From: a virus
Lineage: Duplodnaviria; Caudoviricetes
Direction: 5' to 3' (one strand)
IMG/VR virus record: IMGVR_UViG_3300032216_000524
Location: 1-64,000 of that record
Length of the DNA stretch: 64,000 bases
Shown piece by piece: positions 38,101 to 47,248 of the stretch (position 1 is its first letter; every line of letters starts with the position of its first letter). The position numbers and the translations under genes are program-made. The notes beneath the pieces are model-generated. The model did not search any database and was not told the origin of the DNA. It saw only the letters and a list, made by a program, of their open reading frames with translations.

Positions 38101-38284
38101 CGGCTGGATCATAAACAACAGTACCGCCACGAGTTGGATCGCCAATCGCATAAATGTTATTTTGCGAAGTTTTGTTTGCAATAATCAATAACTGTGTTGC
38201 ATTGCATTTCCCAGGAAACTTTACATATCCTGCGTTCGCAACATCTGGTACAAATATATACTTTTCAACTAATTGGCGAGCCAT
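35108..38284 (-). CDS. virion structural protein, 1058 aa, with C-terminal cupredoxin-like domain
   Basis: Repeated ITVTT...HGL..G modules typical of T4-like baseplate/fibre proteins; C-terminal PTITVVRGQTYTF...GHPF...YYNCSRHYTMAG.I.V. Confidence 0.75.
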   Translation of the reverse strand: MARQLVEKYIFVPDVANAGYVKFPGKCNATQLLIIANKTSQNNIYAIGDPTRGGTVVYDPAEDAGFFSEQVGVTTVTFNYDTSDMSSSDAIAIYTDAPKQTGNIVRPYAFGVDAIERMRVANPQSLIDADFEYGLQPTKWQNYTEIRNIPGIYEKPGLDLFLSNITTDGSSPSTITVTTSAPHGLSVADPVIIYGLTGTPNYARAEGAFVIATVPDDNTFTYYAKGIVGTSGLSLYGGSAYGRRGGFYAGSQIPVYTAVSDEANPSRITITCSANHGLVPGAPLVGVSTGSGGNYGLLTGNFFAETVPSQNTFTFTARVGGVVANSNINIVLHTRSDAFVLHRPFDGGVQLGNFLPSHGASVSRQTKKYMRYQSGKGILWTSGVLFNPVMNLDQISASATAPGSLITVTTELDHGLQVGAVIEIAGVVTEGYNGTYGVNTILSENTFTLVASTSLGSTSAVITNLPRVTLKYWHGASVRMGAFDDQNGLFWEFDGKELAVIKRSSTYQISGFCTVNPGSQAVTATSGRFTQQLKVGDRIVIRGMTYMVGSITDDNSMTINPAYRGVHGSSGIKLSTIIDYRVPQSEFNIDSLDGTGISGYNINLNKMQMMGISFSWYGAGFIDFMCRGPDGNMILAHRMKQNNVNDEAYMRSGNSAVRYQTINESVNGELADSISDSATTIPLKDVSRFPVNGGVVLIQNECIKFTGVDMSTNELLNCTRGATFQLFLGGTNKSFTGGSAVAHSYGNGHNSVLLISCTASPTLNHWGSSYIMDGGFDQDRGYYFSYSALSQIIPVGDSRTVFSLRLAPAVSNSISGNLGDRDLVNRSQLLLQKLQVQSNQSVQVYGILNPGNIDSATDLNWDSVNTVMLGSQPSFAQVSNGLPYAAEPGEQIFSTLGQPDGFSEIDLSNLKELSNSAIGGYGNFPDGPDTLSIVVKPLPIGVTSYEVIERYGKYSLNGYGNPTITVVRGQTYTFDMNALGHPFYIKTVQSTGTGDAYNDGVTNNGAAVGTITWTVPTDAPDILYYNCSRHYTMAGTINVVDGTAAAVNINLFWSEAQA

Positions 38285-38293
38285 TTTATTCCT

Positions 38294-38923
38294 TTAGAAT
38301 CCAAAAATAATCGAGTAGCCGATGTAGTCAGCTTTAACCGATTGGTCAATATTTTTCAACGATACGATACCGTCTAATTGTAGACGACCCAAATCGTAAA
38401 TCAATCCAGTAATATCAGTAATGAATCCAAGGTCTTCATCACCTACAAGAAAATCGTCCCAAACATATCCAAGATCCGTTTGTGCGTTGGTAGCAAAAAC
38501 CGCAGAAGCAACCTGTGCAGTAGAGTCTGCGTTAATCCAGATAGATCCAGTATACGCTAAAACTTGGTTTGCTGTTGGCGAACTGATAACAACATCAGTT
38601 AAAGAATCTAATGTTGAAACATCTTTAGTTACCCATTGAACACCGCTGCTGGTAGAAGCCAAGACTTGACCAGATGTACCAACATTACCATCTTTGTCTT
38701 TTAATGGACCAGAGATAGAGGGAGATGCTAGGGTTTTGTTTGAGAGGGTTTGAGTGCCGTTTAGTGTAGCGACTGATACGATTGATTCAGTACCAGAAAC
38801 GGACTTCTTGAAGAACAGGTTTCCATCGTATGTGTTTAATGCCAACTCACCTAACTGTATGTCAGTGGTTGCAGGTACTTTGGATGCGACTGCTGATCGC
38901 TTGAGTTTGACTGTGTTACTCAT
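38294..38923 (-). CDS. fibre-associated protein, 209 aa
   Basis: MSNTVKLKRS....KVP...D..LGELALNTYDG.LFFK N-terminal fibre anchor, also seen at the start of 40989..44891; acidic DLG repeats. Confidence 0.75.
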   Translation of the reverse strand: MSNTVKLKRSAVASKVPATTDIQLGELALNTYDGNLFFKKSVSGTESIVSVATLNGTQTLSNKTLASPSISGPLKDKDGNVGTSGQVLASTSSGVQWVTKDVSTLDSLTDVVISSPTANQVLAYTGSIWINADSTAQVASAVFATNAQTDLGYVWDDFLVGDEDLGFITDITGLIYDLGRLQLDGIVSLKNIDQSVKADYIGYSIIFGF

Positions 38924-38950
38924 TATAACCTATTCTATGTAGAACAAATA

Positions 38951-38997
38951 CTCAGTATATACTGAGAAGAGATGGATTTAATCCACCTCTTATTTAG
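38951..38997 (-). promoter_or_regulatory. late promoter CTAAATA followed by a structured leader
   Basis: Motif at 38991-38997; hairpin AGAG.TGGAT/ATCCA.CTCT at 38968-38990; perfect 16-bp palindrome CTCAGTATATACTGAG at 38951-38966. Confidence 0.55.
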
Positions 38998-39016
38998 CAT
39001 TATTTAATACGAGCAA

Positions 39017-39649
39017 TTAAGGTGTGTAATTACCGATCCAAGCAGAACCATTAACACTATACCAGAATTTTTGATTCACATTGTCAATCAAAAGATCAAC
39101 AATGGTGCCATTTGTTTGGAAAGTTGGACCATTGGGATTTACCAGTGTAGCATTATCATAATACACTTCACCCTGATCGTAAACTGAAACCGCACTAGCA
39201 TCTTGACCAAGATAGAAATCTAAATTAGGTTCAGTTGCCACACCAACAGCCATCCATACAGCAACACCTGGATAACTGGTCATTAGGAAACTAAACATTA
39301 CTTTATCGTTAGGAGCAACAGTCGGAAGCAATAACACTGAAGCAGTGGTATCATTTGCGCCATTTGCTGTAACAGTCCATGTATTGTTTTGAAATGCATT
39401 GCTACCAATAGAACCAATTGATGGTTCGTTTATAAAGGTATATCCAGTTGGCACATTATATTCTGCTGTAGTTTGAGCAACCCATTGACCAGCAATAACT
39501 CCATGATACACATTTAAAGCAGCACTAATAGTTACGCCAGCACCAAGCATTGAAAAGGAAATACCTGGAGTTGTTGGGCTACCACGAGAGCCAGATGCTG
39601 GATGTTGGAAACCTGCGATTAGTGTTCCTGGACCGAATTTAATTGTCAT
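39017..39649 (-). CDS. hypothetical beta-rich virion accessory protein, possibly lectin/SPRY-like
   Basis: MTIKFGPG.LI.G N-terminal motif; aromatic beta-rich body (VDLLIDNVNQKFWYSVNGSAW); fold is inference. Confidence 0.65.
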   Translation of the reverse strand: MTIKFGPGTLIAGFQHPASGSRGSPTTPGISFSMLGAGVTISAALNVYHGVIAGQWVAQTTAEYNVPTGYTFINEPSIGSIGSNAFQNNTWTVTANGANDTTASVLLLPTVAPNDKVMFSFLMTSYPGVAVWMAVGVATEPNLDFYLGQDASAVSVYDQGEVYYDNATLVNPNGPTFQTNGTIVDLLIDNVNQKFWYSVNGSAWIGNYTP

Positions 39650-39661
39650 TGTTTTCTCTCT

Positions 39662-40435
39662 TTATACTGCCCAAATATTAGTAAAATCAACACCGCCAAA
39701 ATTGATGATTACATTTGTTTGATCATCAAAATTTCCTGTATATTGTATACTGATAGTATCATTAATGACATCGCTACCAGTATCATTCTTAGCATACCAA
39801 ACCTCGCAAGTTTGAAAGAGACCAGCTTCACCATTTCCTGCATCGTTGTAATATGACTTAGAAGATTTTTTAGTCCATGTTAAACCAGAAGATGAAGTAA
39901 CTGAAACGATATTTCCATTAGAGTAGTCATGTCCTTCAACACCCATACATAAAACACCAAACTCAGTATTGTTTAAATTGTAACTAGAAAGAGATGATAT
40001 GGAATTAGAATCAGTGCCGAATGAATGATATGAACCAACTACAACAGGAGGAACTATACCAATTCCATTTAATACATGAATAACTGATACTGATCTACCG
40101 TTCAGATTATTGTTTATGGTAGAAGTTGCATTTGTAACTGCCGATGGATTTTCAAGCGTAGATGCCCAAATATATTCCCACCAATTTGCGCCATTGTTTT
40201 GCGCAACTTCTTGTCCTGTCCAACCATTGATATATCCATCAGTTGAACCAGCACTATTATCTGAAGTAACAAAAGCAATAGAAGTTGAATACGCAGGAGC
40301 AGACCATGTTATTGAAGGTAAACCAGCCCCACCATCATTATAACCATCAGTGACTGCATAATATGTTGGAGGAGTTCCGTACTGAGGAATCCCAGATGGT
40401 GCGCCTACCTGAAAACCAGAAATCTTAATAGTCAT
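39662..40435 (-). CDS. hypothetical beta-rich virion accessory protein
   Basis: MTIKISGFQVG N-terminal motif; Ser/Asn/Gly-rich. Confidence 0.65.
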   Translation of the reverse strand: MTIKISGFQVGAPSGIPQYGTPPTYYAVTDGYNDGGAGLPSITWSAPAYSTSIAFVTSDNSAGSTDGYINGWTGQEVAQNNGANWWEYIWASTLENPSAVTNATSTINNNLNGRSVSVIHVLNGIGIVPPVVVGSYHSFGTDSNSISSLSSYNLNNTEFGVLCMGVEGHDYSNGNIVSVTSSSGLTWTKKSSKSYYNDAGNGEAGLFQTCEVWYAKNDTGSDVINDTISIQYTGNFDDQTNVIINFGGVDFTNIWAV

Positions 40436-40545
40436 TATTTGTTCTCACTTTGTTTTTGTTCAACTTTTTCTTTGAACTCTTGAATCTTTTCCTGATTCGC
40501 AGCAATATGCTCTTGCATTTTTTGTTTGATTTCTTCTTGCGTCAT
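40435..40545 (-). CDS. 36-aa charged helical peptide (MTQEEIKQKMQEHIAANQEKIQEFKEKVEQKQSENK)
   Basis: Not in the ORF track; hand-translated; fills the gap exactly and its TAA overlaps the next ATG (TAATG). Confidence 0.6.
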   Translation of the reverse strand: MTQEEIKQKMQEHIAANQEKIQEFKEKVEQKQSENK

Positions 40546-40546
40546 T

Positions 40547-40978
40547 TTAACCCCAATCGACTAATGTTAGTGCAGTGAATGGCCAATTCCAGTTTCCTTC
40601 GTATACGCTATATTCGCTAAATGCTAAACTACCGAGTGGAAGAAATATTGAATATTCCCAACCATCTGTTGGGAATAAAACAAACGCTGTGTTTGGAGAA
40701 TGATCGGTACTACCAGATCCCCAGTTACCTTCGAATAAAATATAACTTGTTGGCGGACCAGAAAGATTGTTTATATAATCTAACTGTTCTGCATTTAACT
40801 GTAATAAAATTTCTGAAGAACTCCCAGACTGCACAAAACCATTAATAGTTAAAACGCTTGGATCAATAAAATCAATAACTTGATCTTGATGGAAAATCAT
40901 AATGGATGGCGCAGCTTTTAAAGTTACGCCACCATTTACTGTTGTGCCACCATTAATTGTGATTCCAGAAATAGACAT
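40547..40978 (-). CDS. hypothetical virion accessory protein
   Basis: MSISGITINGG..VNGG N-terminal motif; AGGA RBS. Confidence 0.65.
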   Translation of the reverse strand: MSISGITINGGTTVNGGVTLKAAPSIMIFHQDQVIDFIDPSVLTINGFVQSGSSSEILLQLNAEQLDYINNLSGPPTSYILFEGNWGSGSTDHSPNTAFVLFPTDGWEYSIFLPLGSLAFSEYSVYEGNWNWPFTALTLVDWG

Positions 40979-40988
40979 TATTTAATCC

Positions 40989-43900
40989 TTAGTATGTACC
41001 ACCATCAATATCGAAACCAGATAAAACACTAGTATCTGCGCCAGCACCAGTTAAATTCCCACCAACATAAATTTTCTTGGCAACAGACAAACCACCTGAC
41101 ATTACAACAGAGCCAGTTCCCAATGGACCAGCTTCAGTAGTGTCAGTGAATGTTACTAGGTTGTTAGCTGCAAGAGTTGTAAATGCACCAGCAGCACGAG
41201 TAGTAGAACCAATTGGTGTATTATCAACAGTACCACCAGAGATAGTTAGGTCATTCGCAACATAAGTATCTGCGATCGCAGTACCTTGCCAAATACCAGT
41301 AGTGATAGTGCCAAGAGTTGTGATAGTATTTTGACCAACATAAGTTGAAGCAATATCAACAGTATGAGTATTAACAGTAATGCGATCAGTAGTTCCACCA
41401 ACTGTTAATACACCATTAGCATATGTTAAACCATCACCAGCGAGAGATGATTTTAACTGTAACGCATCATCAGAAATCTCGATACCACCAGTTGTATTAT
41501 TAACATTAACTGCTAAAGTATAACCAGACTTAACTAAACCATCACCAGCAATTAGAGTACCAGAGGATGAGAACAATGTCCAGTCGATAGCAGTAACACC
41601 AACATCAACAACCTTAGTTGTTACAACGAAACCAGCATTTAAGTTTACAGAACCATCTTCAACGAAAGTAAATGCACCTGAAGTAACTTCAGTATTTTGA
41701 TCGAAGTCAGTTGCACGAGTCCATGCACCAGAATCATTAGCAATATAGATACCATTTTCAGAAGCAGTATCTTGATTTTTAACAAGGATACGATCGCCAG
41801 TAACAGTTGTCTTAGTGTCAATTGTTTTAACACCAGTCAATGCAATGTCAACAGTAGTTGCTAAACGAACTGATTGTTTAACATCAAGACCTGAACGAGC
41901 AGCATCAACATAGTATTTGGTAGCTGCGTCAGTATCATCAGTTGGTTCTGCAACATTTTTAATTTGAGCATTAGAAGCAGAAACATAACCAGCGCCAATT
42001 GGTTCTAAGATAACATTAGCATCAGTACCAGCATTGGTTGCTGTAATTACTGCACCATCAATCTCAATATTTGTAGCGTTATATGTAACTTCTTTAGTAT
42101 CAGAGTTGTAGATTACAAACTGTGAACCAGCATTTACATTTCTGATTGGATCAATGAATAAACCAGCTTCATCTGGATTAATACCAGTACCATCGCCAGT
42201 GGCAGTTGCTTGAATAACGATAGAGTTATTGTGTTGGCTATATTCAGCAGCATGAGAACCGATTGCGATAGCATTAGTACCTTGACTGGTAGTATCGAAT
42301 ACACCTTGACCAGCATGGTGACCGATGGCAACAGCATAATCACCTTGACCATAACGACCAGCTAAACGACCGATAGCAACTGCTTTCTGTCCTTGGTATT
42401 GATCACCAGCCCAGCGACCGATGGCGATAGCGGAGAAATTTTGATTAGTATTACCAGCATCTTCACCGATGGCGATAGCAGTTAATTGTTGATTTAAGTA
42501 ACCAGCATTATTACCGATAGCAACCGCATTTTGTTGTTGACTAGTATTACCAGCATTAACACCGATAGCAACTGCATTAGTACCTTGTGAAGTATTACCA
42601 GATCCAGCACCGATAGCAACTGCGCTACTTTGTTGATTTGATTCACCAGCCTGAGCACCAATAGCAACTGCGTAGCTACCTTGATTTAAATAACCTGCAC
42701 CACCAACTGAAGAGTTTGGTGAAGAACCGATAGCGATAGCATCAGAACCTTGACCAGAATTACCAGCACGATTACCCATGGCAATCGCATTGTTACCTTG
42801 GTTAGTTGTACCAGCACGAGCACCGATAGAAATAGTATCCCAAGATTGACCATCTTGAGTAGTTGGTTGATAACCGATAGAAATTCTTTGCGAATAACCA
42901 GTTGCATCAACACCATTACCTAACAGGATAGAGTTGCTAGAACCATCAGAAAGAATAGCACCATGTGGTAACTCTAATGTTCCACCATTGGTATTAGTAA
43001 ATGACCAACGAGCATTATTATTTGCAAAAAGAGTAATTGCATTGTTGAAGTTGTTAATATACAACTCACCATCGAATCCCATCTCGGCAACTTTATCGCC
43101 AGAGATATTGTTGGAGTCATACCATTGGAAACCAACATCAGGTAATGTCAACCAACCAGCACCAGTGAATACTGCGTTTTTCTCAGTGCCATTAGAAGCA
43201 GCAAGGATAACATCACCAGTAGCGTCATTGGTTTCAACAACACCTGGAATTACTAAGTGACCATCAGAGTTTCTGAAAGTAACTTCGCCAGAATCGTTCT
43301 TTAATACGATGTCATTGTTATCGGTGCGTAGATAAATCTTACCATTGTTCCTTGCATAAAGAGCAATATCATTTGCGCTATCGTAGTAACCAGCATCTGG
43401 TCCACCAATGTCGATATATGATTCACCATTGTCGTAGTTACCAAGAGTTAAACCACCATCAGATCCGTTCCAAATATTGAATCTGTCTGAATTATCCCAG
43501 TTACTAAAGTGTAATAATGCATTAAGATTTCCGCTTGGTTTTAAAACAAATGCATTATTATTTTCTGCCCAAAATTGAGCATCGCTTACACCAGAATCCG
43601 CAGTATTAATATCTGGGAAACCAATTTTACCGTCTAAAGCAAATTTCCAGTATTGAGCAACTGAACTACCAGTCCACTGGGCATTCTTAATCCACACACC
43701 ATCATATTGTGCATCAACTTGGCTGTAACGAGAAACATCGTAGTCATGCCATCTTAAAGATGAACGACCAGCATTTGCATCACCAGCACTATTTGAAGAC
43801 TGGATTAAGAATCCTTGACCTTGAGTTACTGGAGTTGCACGAATTGCATTATTTGGATAACCCCATGTGTCGAACTTGATAGCATCGGTGCCACCATTCC

Positions 43901-44891
43901 AAGCAAGTTGAGCAGCGACACCTTCATTAGAATTACCACCAGAACCAAACAATAAAGTATCAGCATTTAATGTGGCAGATGTTGTACCAGATAATTTGAG
44001 GATCTCTTCATTATTGGTATAAAGAGAAAGGATGCCATCAGAAACGCTGAACATACCAGTATCATAACCAGTATCATCAGCAAAACTATAACCAGTAGTA
44101 CCAGTGCCAGTAGGATTACCATTGGCAGCGAGATATGCGCTAGAACTAACTTCATCGATACCGTAAAGATTACCACCAACAAACAAGTTACCTTGGATAG
44201 ATGCACCACCAGCAACTTTCAACGCACCAGTTGTGCCATCAGAAGTAGTTGCAGTTGTGGTTTTGATATCAATTCCATCACCATTTACAGTAACAACATT
44301 AGTTGAGTCGGAATAGAATTTGATATCACCAGTATTTAATGCAGTTACATATGTGTTTTGGTCAATTGAACGAACACCACCGAGTGATGACCAGTTTGTT
44401 CCATCGTAACCTTCAAAAGAAGTATTAGTTGTATTGAAACGAATAGCACCAGAAACATTAGGTGCTTGCTGTAGTGAAGTTCCTTTTGGAATTACTAAAG
44501 CGTTTGTTCCAGAGATAGTAACATAACCATCACCATCAGGTGTTAGAACAATGTTACCATCAGTATTTGTTGAACTGATTGTGTTACCATTAAAGTCTAG
44601 ATTATCAACTTTAAGGTTATTGATTCTATTATCACTATCTGTAATAATAGCAGAATTTGCAGTTAGAGTACCAGGAGTATGATCTAATTTGTCAGTGAAA
44701 TATTTACCACCGATAACGATATGGTTTGCTGCATTACCTGCAGTCTCTACACCCATACCAATGTATAAACGATCGCCACTACCTGCAAACTCTCCAGTCG
44801 CTTCTTTATTTGAATACGCTAATTCGCCAGTACCCAGTGTCGCTGGATTACCAGAGTTATTACTGCGTTTAATTCGGATGATTGATGCCAT
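40989..44891 (-). CDS. tail fibre / adhesin, 1300 aa, with YadA-like head repeats
   Basis: N-terminal IRIKRS..GELAY anchor; about 13 16-residue A.AIG..AG repeats (about 42215-42900); IKNVAEPTDDTDAATKYYVD neck motif; ends GFDIDGGTY. Confidence 0.85.
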   Translation of the reverse strand: MASIIRIKRSNNSGNPATLGTGELAYSNKEATGEFAGSGDRLYIGMGVETAGNAANHIVIGGKYFTDKLDHTPGTLTANSAIITDSDNRINNLKVDNLDFNGNTISSTNTDGNIVLTPDGDGYVTISGTNALVIPKGTSLQQAPNVSGAIRFNTTNTSFEGYDGTNWSSLGGVRSIDQNTYVTALNTGDIKFYSDSTNVVTVNGDGIDIKTTTATTSDGTTGALKVAGGASIQGNLFVGGNLYGIDEVSSSAYLAANGNPTGTGTTGYSFADDTGYDTGMFSVSDGILSLYTNNEEILKLSGTTSATLNADTLLFGSGGNSNEGVAAQLAWNGGTDAIKFDTWGYPNNAIRATPVTQGQGFLIQSSNSAGDANAGRSSLRWHDYDVSRYSQVDAQYDGVWIKNAQWTGSSVAQYWKFALDGKIGFPDINTADSGVSDAQFWAENNNAFVLKPSGNLNALLHFSNWDNSDRFNIWNGSDGGLTLGNYDNGESYIDIGGPDAGYYDSANDIALYARNNGKIYLRTDNNDIVLKNDSGEVTFRNSDGHLVIPGVVETNDATGDVILAASNGTEKNAVFTGAGWLTLPDVGFQWYDSNNISGDKVAEMGFDGELYINNFNNAITLFANNNARWSFTNTNGGTLELPHGAILSDGSSNSILLGNGVDATGYSQRISIGYQPTTQDGQSWDTISIGARAGTTNQGNNAIAMGNRAGNSGQGSDAIAIGSSPNSSVGGAGYLNQGSYAVAIGAQAGESNQQSSAVAIGAGSGNTSQGTNAVAIGVNAGNTSQQQNAVAIGNNAGYLNQQLTAIAIGEDAGNTNQNFSAIAIGRWAGDQYQGQKAVAIGRLAGRYGQGDYAVAIGHHAGQGVFDTTSQGTNAIAIGSHAAEYSQHNNSIVIQATATGDGTGINPDEAGLFIDPIRNVNAGSQFVIYNSDTKEVTYNATNIEIDGAVITATNAGTDANVILEPIGAGYVSASNAQIKNVAEPTDDTDAATKYYVDAARSGLDVKQSVRLATTVDIALTGVKTIDTKTTVTGDRILVKNQDTASENGIYIANDSGAWTRATDFDQNTEVTSGAFTFVEDGSVNLNAGFVVTTKVVDVGVTAIDWTLFSSSGTLIAGDGLVKSGYTLAVNVNNTTGGIEISDDALQLKSSLAGDGLTYANGVLTVGGTTDRITVNTHTVDIASTYVGQNTITTLGTITTGIWQGTAIADTYVANDLTISGGTVDNTPIGSTTRAAGAFTTLAANNLVTFTDTTEAGPLGTGSVVMSGGLSVAKKIYVGGNLTGAGADTSVLSGFDIDGGTY

Positions 44892-44906
44892 TTTTATTCT
44901 TCTCCG

Positions 44907-45176
44907 TTAAAATTCCCCACCTTCCATAATCTGTAAATCCAGATTACGAGTGGCAGTCCATTTACTTGTTATTGTTTTGTATACTAATACCGAACCATTT
45001 TCTTTGCCTGAAGCATCAACATCATCTAAATTGCCAAGCGGAACCTGTCCTCCTGGAATACCTTGTGGTCCTCGTTGTCCACGAATACCAACTGAGGGTA
45101 CTGTAGGAATAGAAGGAACATCAATAGATGCATTAATGTTTGGGTTCGATAAAACTGTTGCTGTTATATCTGCCAT
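44907..45176 (-). CDS. small fibre-associated protein with short collagen-like stretch
   Basis: GIRGQRGPQGIPGG; L..L.DVD...KENGSVLVY; ends EGGEF. Confidence 0.7.
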   Translation of the reverse strand: MADITATVLSNPNINASIDVPSIPTVPSVGIRGQRGPQGIPGGQVPLGNLDDVDASGKENGSVLVYKTITSKWTATRNLDLQIMEGGEF

Positions 45177-45182
45177 AGTAGT

Positions 45183-45524
45183 TTAAGTCTTTGTGATTTC
45201 TGGCGTTAAAATAACAAGACCTTCCAATGCACGAATTTTTGCAAATTCTGGCGATGGAGAGGTCAACTCAATATCGTACAAGTATCTACCTGCCTGAATA
45301 TTAGTGGTGTCGCTAGGATCAAGTTTTAACAAAACTTGCCCAGCTGGTGCATCGTATATAGATGCTGTAAAATTTACTGCTGAAGAGGATTGATATGATT
45401 TGCGGAATTGGGATTTGACGGTGAAACCTTCCAAATCCATTGGTGTTCCATCCTGATTTGTGAGCGAAATGATGCTACTAAATGTAGTTCCTTGATCGAC
45501 CACTAAATTCGAAATTGTTGCCAT
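45183..45524 (-). CDS. small virion protein, BppU-like Ig fold
   Basis: NL.VDQGTTF, P.DL.GFT.KSQ.RK, G.V.L.L....T..I..GRY.YDIE, R.LEG....TPE.T pattern common in T4-like virion modules. Confidence 0.7.
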   Translation of the reverse strand: MATISNLVVDQGTTFSSIISLTNQDGTPMDLEGFTVKSQFRKSYQSSSAVNFTASIYDAPAGQVLLKLDPSDTTNIQAGRYLYDIELTSPSPEFAKIRALEGLVILTPEITKT

Positions 45525-45547
45525 TAAAAGTCTCCAGCTTTATATCT

Positions 45548-45578
45548 TATTTATAATTCCGAAGACTGCGTGTTGCAA
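45548..45578 (-). promoter_or_regulatory. consensus late promoter TATAAATA, overlapped by a possible sigma70 promoter
   Basis: TATAAATA at 45548-45555; TTGCAA-17 bp-TATAAA uses the same -10 box. Confidence 0.65.
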
Positions 45579-45580
45579 GT

Positions 45581-47248
45581 TTATGTCACTACGACAACAT
45601 AAATTCCGTTCCACCACTCATTCGAATTTTCTTGAGAATTCAAAATTTTCTTACTATACAACACTGATTTACCTGATTCAGCTATACCAGCATCTGCACC
45701 ATCTACCACTCCATCCCAGTTGGCGTCATCAAACACCAAAACAGCTTCTTTCGCCAAAGATTTACTGTAGTATTTTACAGCTTCCTTTGTAGCTTCAAAG
45801 TCGTGTGGACCATCGTAGAAGAAGATATCAATATCAGACAGTTTACTCGTATCTACAGAAAACAGATCGCAGTCATAAACGAATATTTTACTGTCTTTTT
45901 TATATCTTTTTACATTAGAAACAAAGGTATCTTTTGCATTTTCTGGTACAGATATATCATCTCTGGCTGGTTGAATCTGCTCTTTCCAGTTATCAACACA
46001 GTACAATTCTTTAGCATTACCTTCTAAGAAAGCTGCAGCAGTCGAACCAATAAACGAACCAATCTCTAAAACTTTAGAGTCTTTAATGGTAAGATTTTTC
46101 AGTAGAGTCTGAACTCTTGGTGAAGTCAACCCCTCAATATCAATATCGGTAGTAGCAATCCCAGAATCAAGAACAGCTTTAACTACATGCTTAACTACAT
46201 CTGAGTTATGTATTGGAGATTTTTTATCATAAATCTTATCGCAGTACTGACATTCCCAGCAGTCAAACTTACAGTTCTTAATCTTTTGGCGCCAGATAGT
46301 AATCGGCTTTTCAACCAGATTGTTATCGTTAATGTAATCGTTGAACCCATCAAAAAGGATTGGTTCATTTGCAGCCCACTTTTCTATAATAGCAAAAGTT
46401 TCCCACAACCGAGTTGCAGACTCACGACCATGCATTTTAAATACATCAATACCAAGATCAAAAAACTCTTCCCAATCTTCTTTCCATGGAGGAAAATCTG
46501 CAGTCTTTAAACTAACCGCAGGATCTTCGTTATCCCACTTTGGGCAACTAACCCTACTAATTGGATCATTAAAGTACTGTGGTTGTTCACCATCTCGAGT
46601 ATTATTGTAGTGGAAGTGTTCAACCATCATCGGACACTTACCCAAACAACCTTCATTGGCTAGAAGACTATATGTCATTTCGATGCCAAGATTTTTCTTA
46701 ATCCAGTCTTTTGCTTCCTTTAATCGTAGTAGGGTATCCCTATCACGCATTAAATCTCTATCCAAATTAACATAACGGAATCCTGCTTTTGCAAGATTTA
46801 CAATTTCTGAAGCAGAAGAAACATCTCTTAGAATTGTATTCTTAATATACAGTTCTGGATACCTTGCTTGAATCTGCCCAGTGGCTACCCAATGTGTATG
46901 CGGTAGCGTCACACAACGAACTCCAGCATCATACAGTGGCTGAAAATTCTTAATAAACAAATCCAAATTCTGCTGAGTTGGTGCAACCTCTATATTATTA
47001 AAGGTAGCACTAACTGAAACTCCTGTCGCAGTCTGAATATACAAAGCAGCTTCGATCGCTTGCAATTTATCTTCTGCGATTGGAATAACATCACCCATAG
47101 CGTCTTGCCTAAATGGAGCAATCCGACTGGTAAAATAAATGTCGTAGATGTAATCTTTATACTTTTCTACGAACTGAACAAACTTTTGAAATTCCTCTGC
47201 GCTTAATTTTGGGTTAAGCGGAATGCTGAATATTTTTTGGTTTCTCAT
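45581..47248 (-). CDS. fusion of a U32-like (Fe-S) domain and a class I SAM methyltransferase (Methyltransf_24-like)
   Basis: N-half: NEGCLGKCP, VSCPKW, DVFKMHGR (cf. U32 KIEGR), CKFDCWECQYC. C-half: VLEIGSFIGS, CVDNW, IFFYDGPH, VLVFDDANW.GV. Confidence 0.75.
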   Translation of the reverse strand: MRNQKIFSIPLNPKLSAEEFQKFVQFVEKYKDYIYDIYFTSRIAPFRQDAMGDVIPIAEDKLQAIEAALYIQTATGVSVSATFNNIEVAPTQQNLDLFIKNFQPLYDAGVRCVTLPHTHWVATGQIQARYPELYIKNTILRDVSSASEIVNLAKAGFRYVNLDRDLMRDRDTLLRLKEAKDWIKKNLGIEMTYSLLANEGCLGKCPMMVEHFHYNNTRDGEQPQYFNDPISRVSCPKWDNEDPAVSLKTADFPPWKEDWEEFFDLGIDVFKMHGRESATRLWETFAIIEKWAANEPILFDGFNDYINDNNLVEKPITIWRQKIKNCKFDCWECQYCDKIYDKKSPIHNSDVVKHVVKAVLDSGIATTDIDIEGLTSPRVQTLLKNLTIKDSKVLEIGSFIGSTAAAFLEGNAKELYCVDNWKEQIQPARDDISVPENAKDTFVSNVKRYKKDSKIFVYDCDLFSVDTSKLSDIDIFFYDGPHDFEATKEAVKYYSKSLAKEAVLVFDDANWDGVVDGADAGIAESGKSVLYSKKILNSQENSNEWWNGIYVVVVT

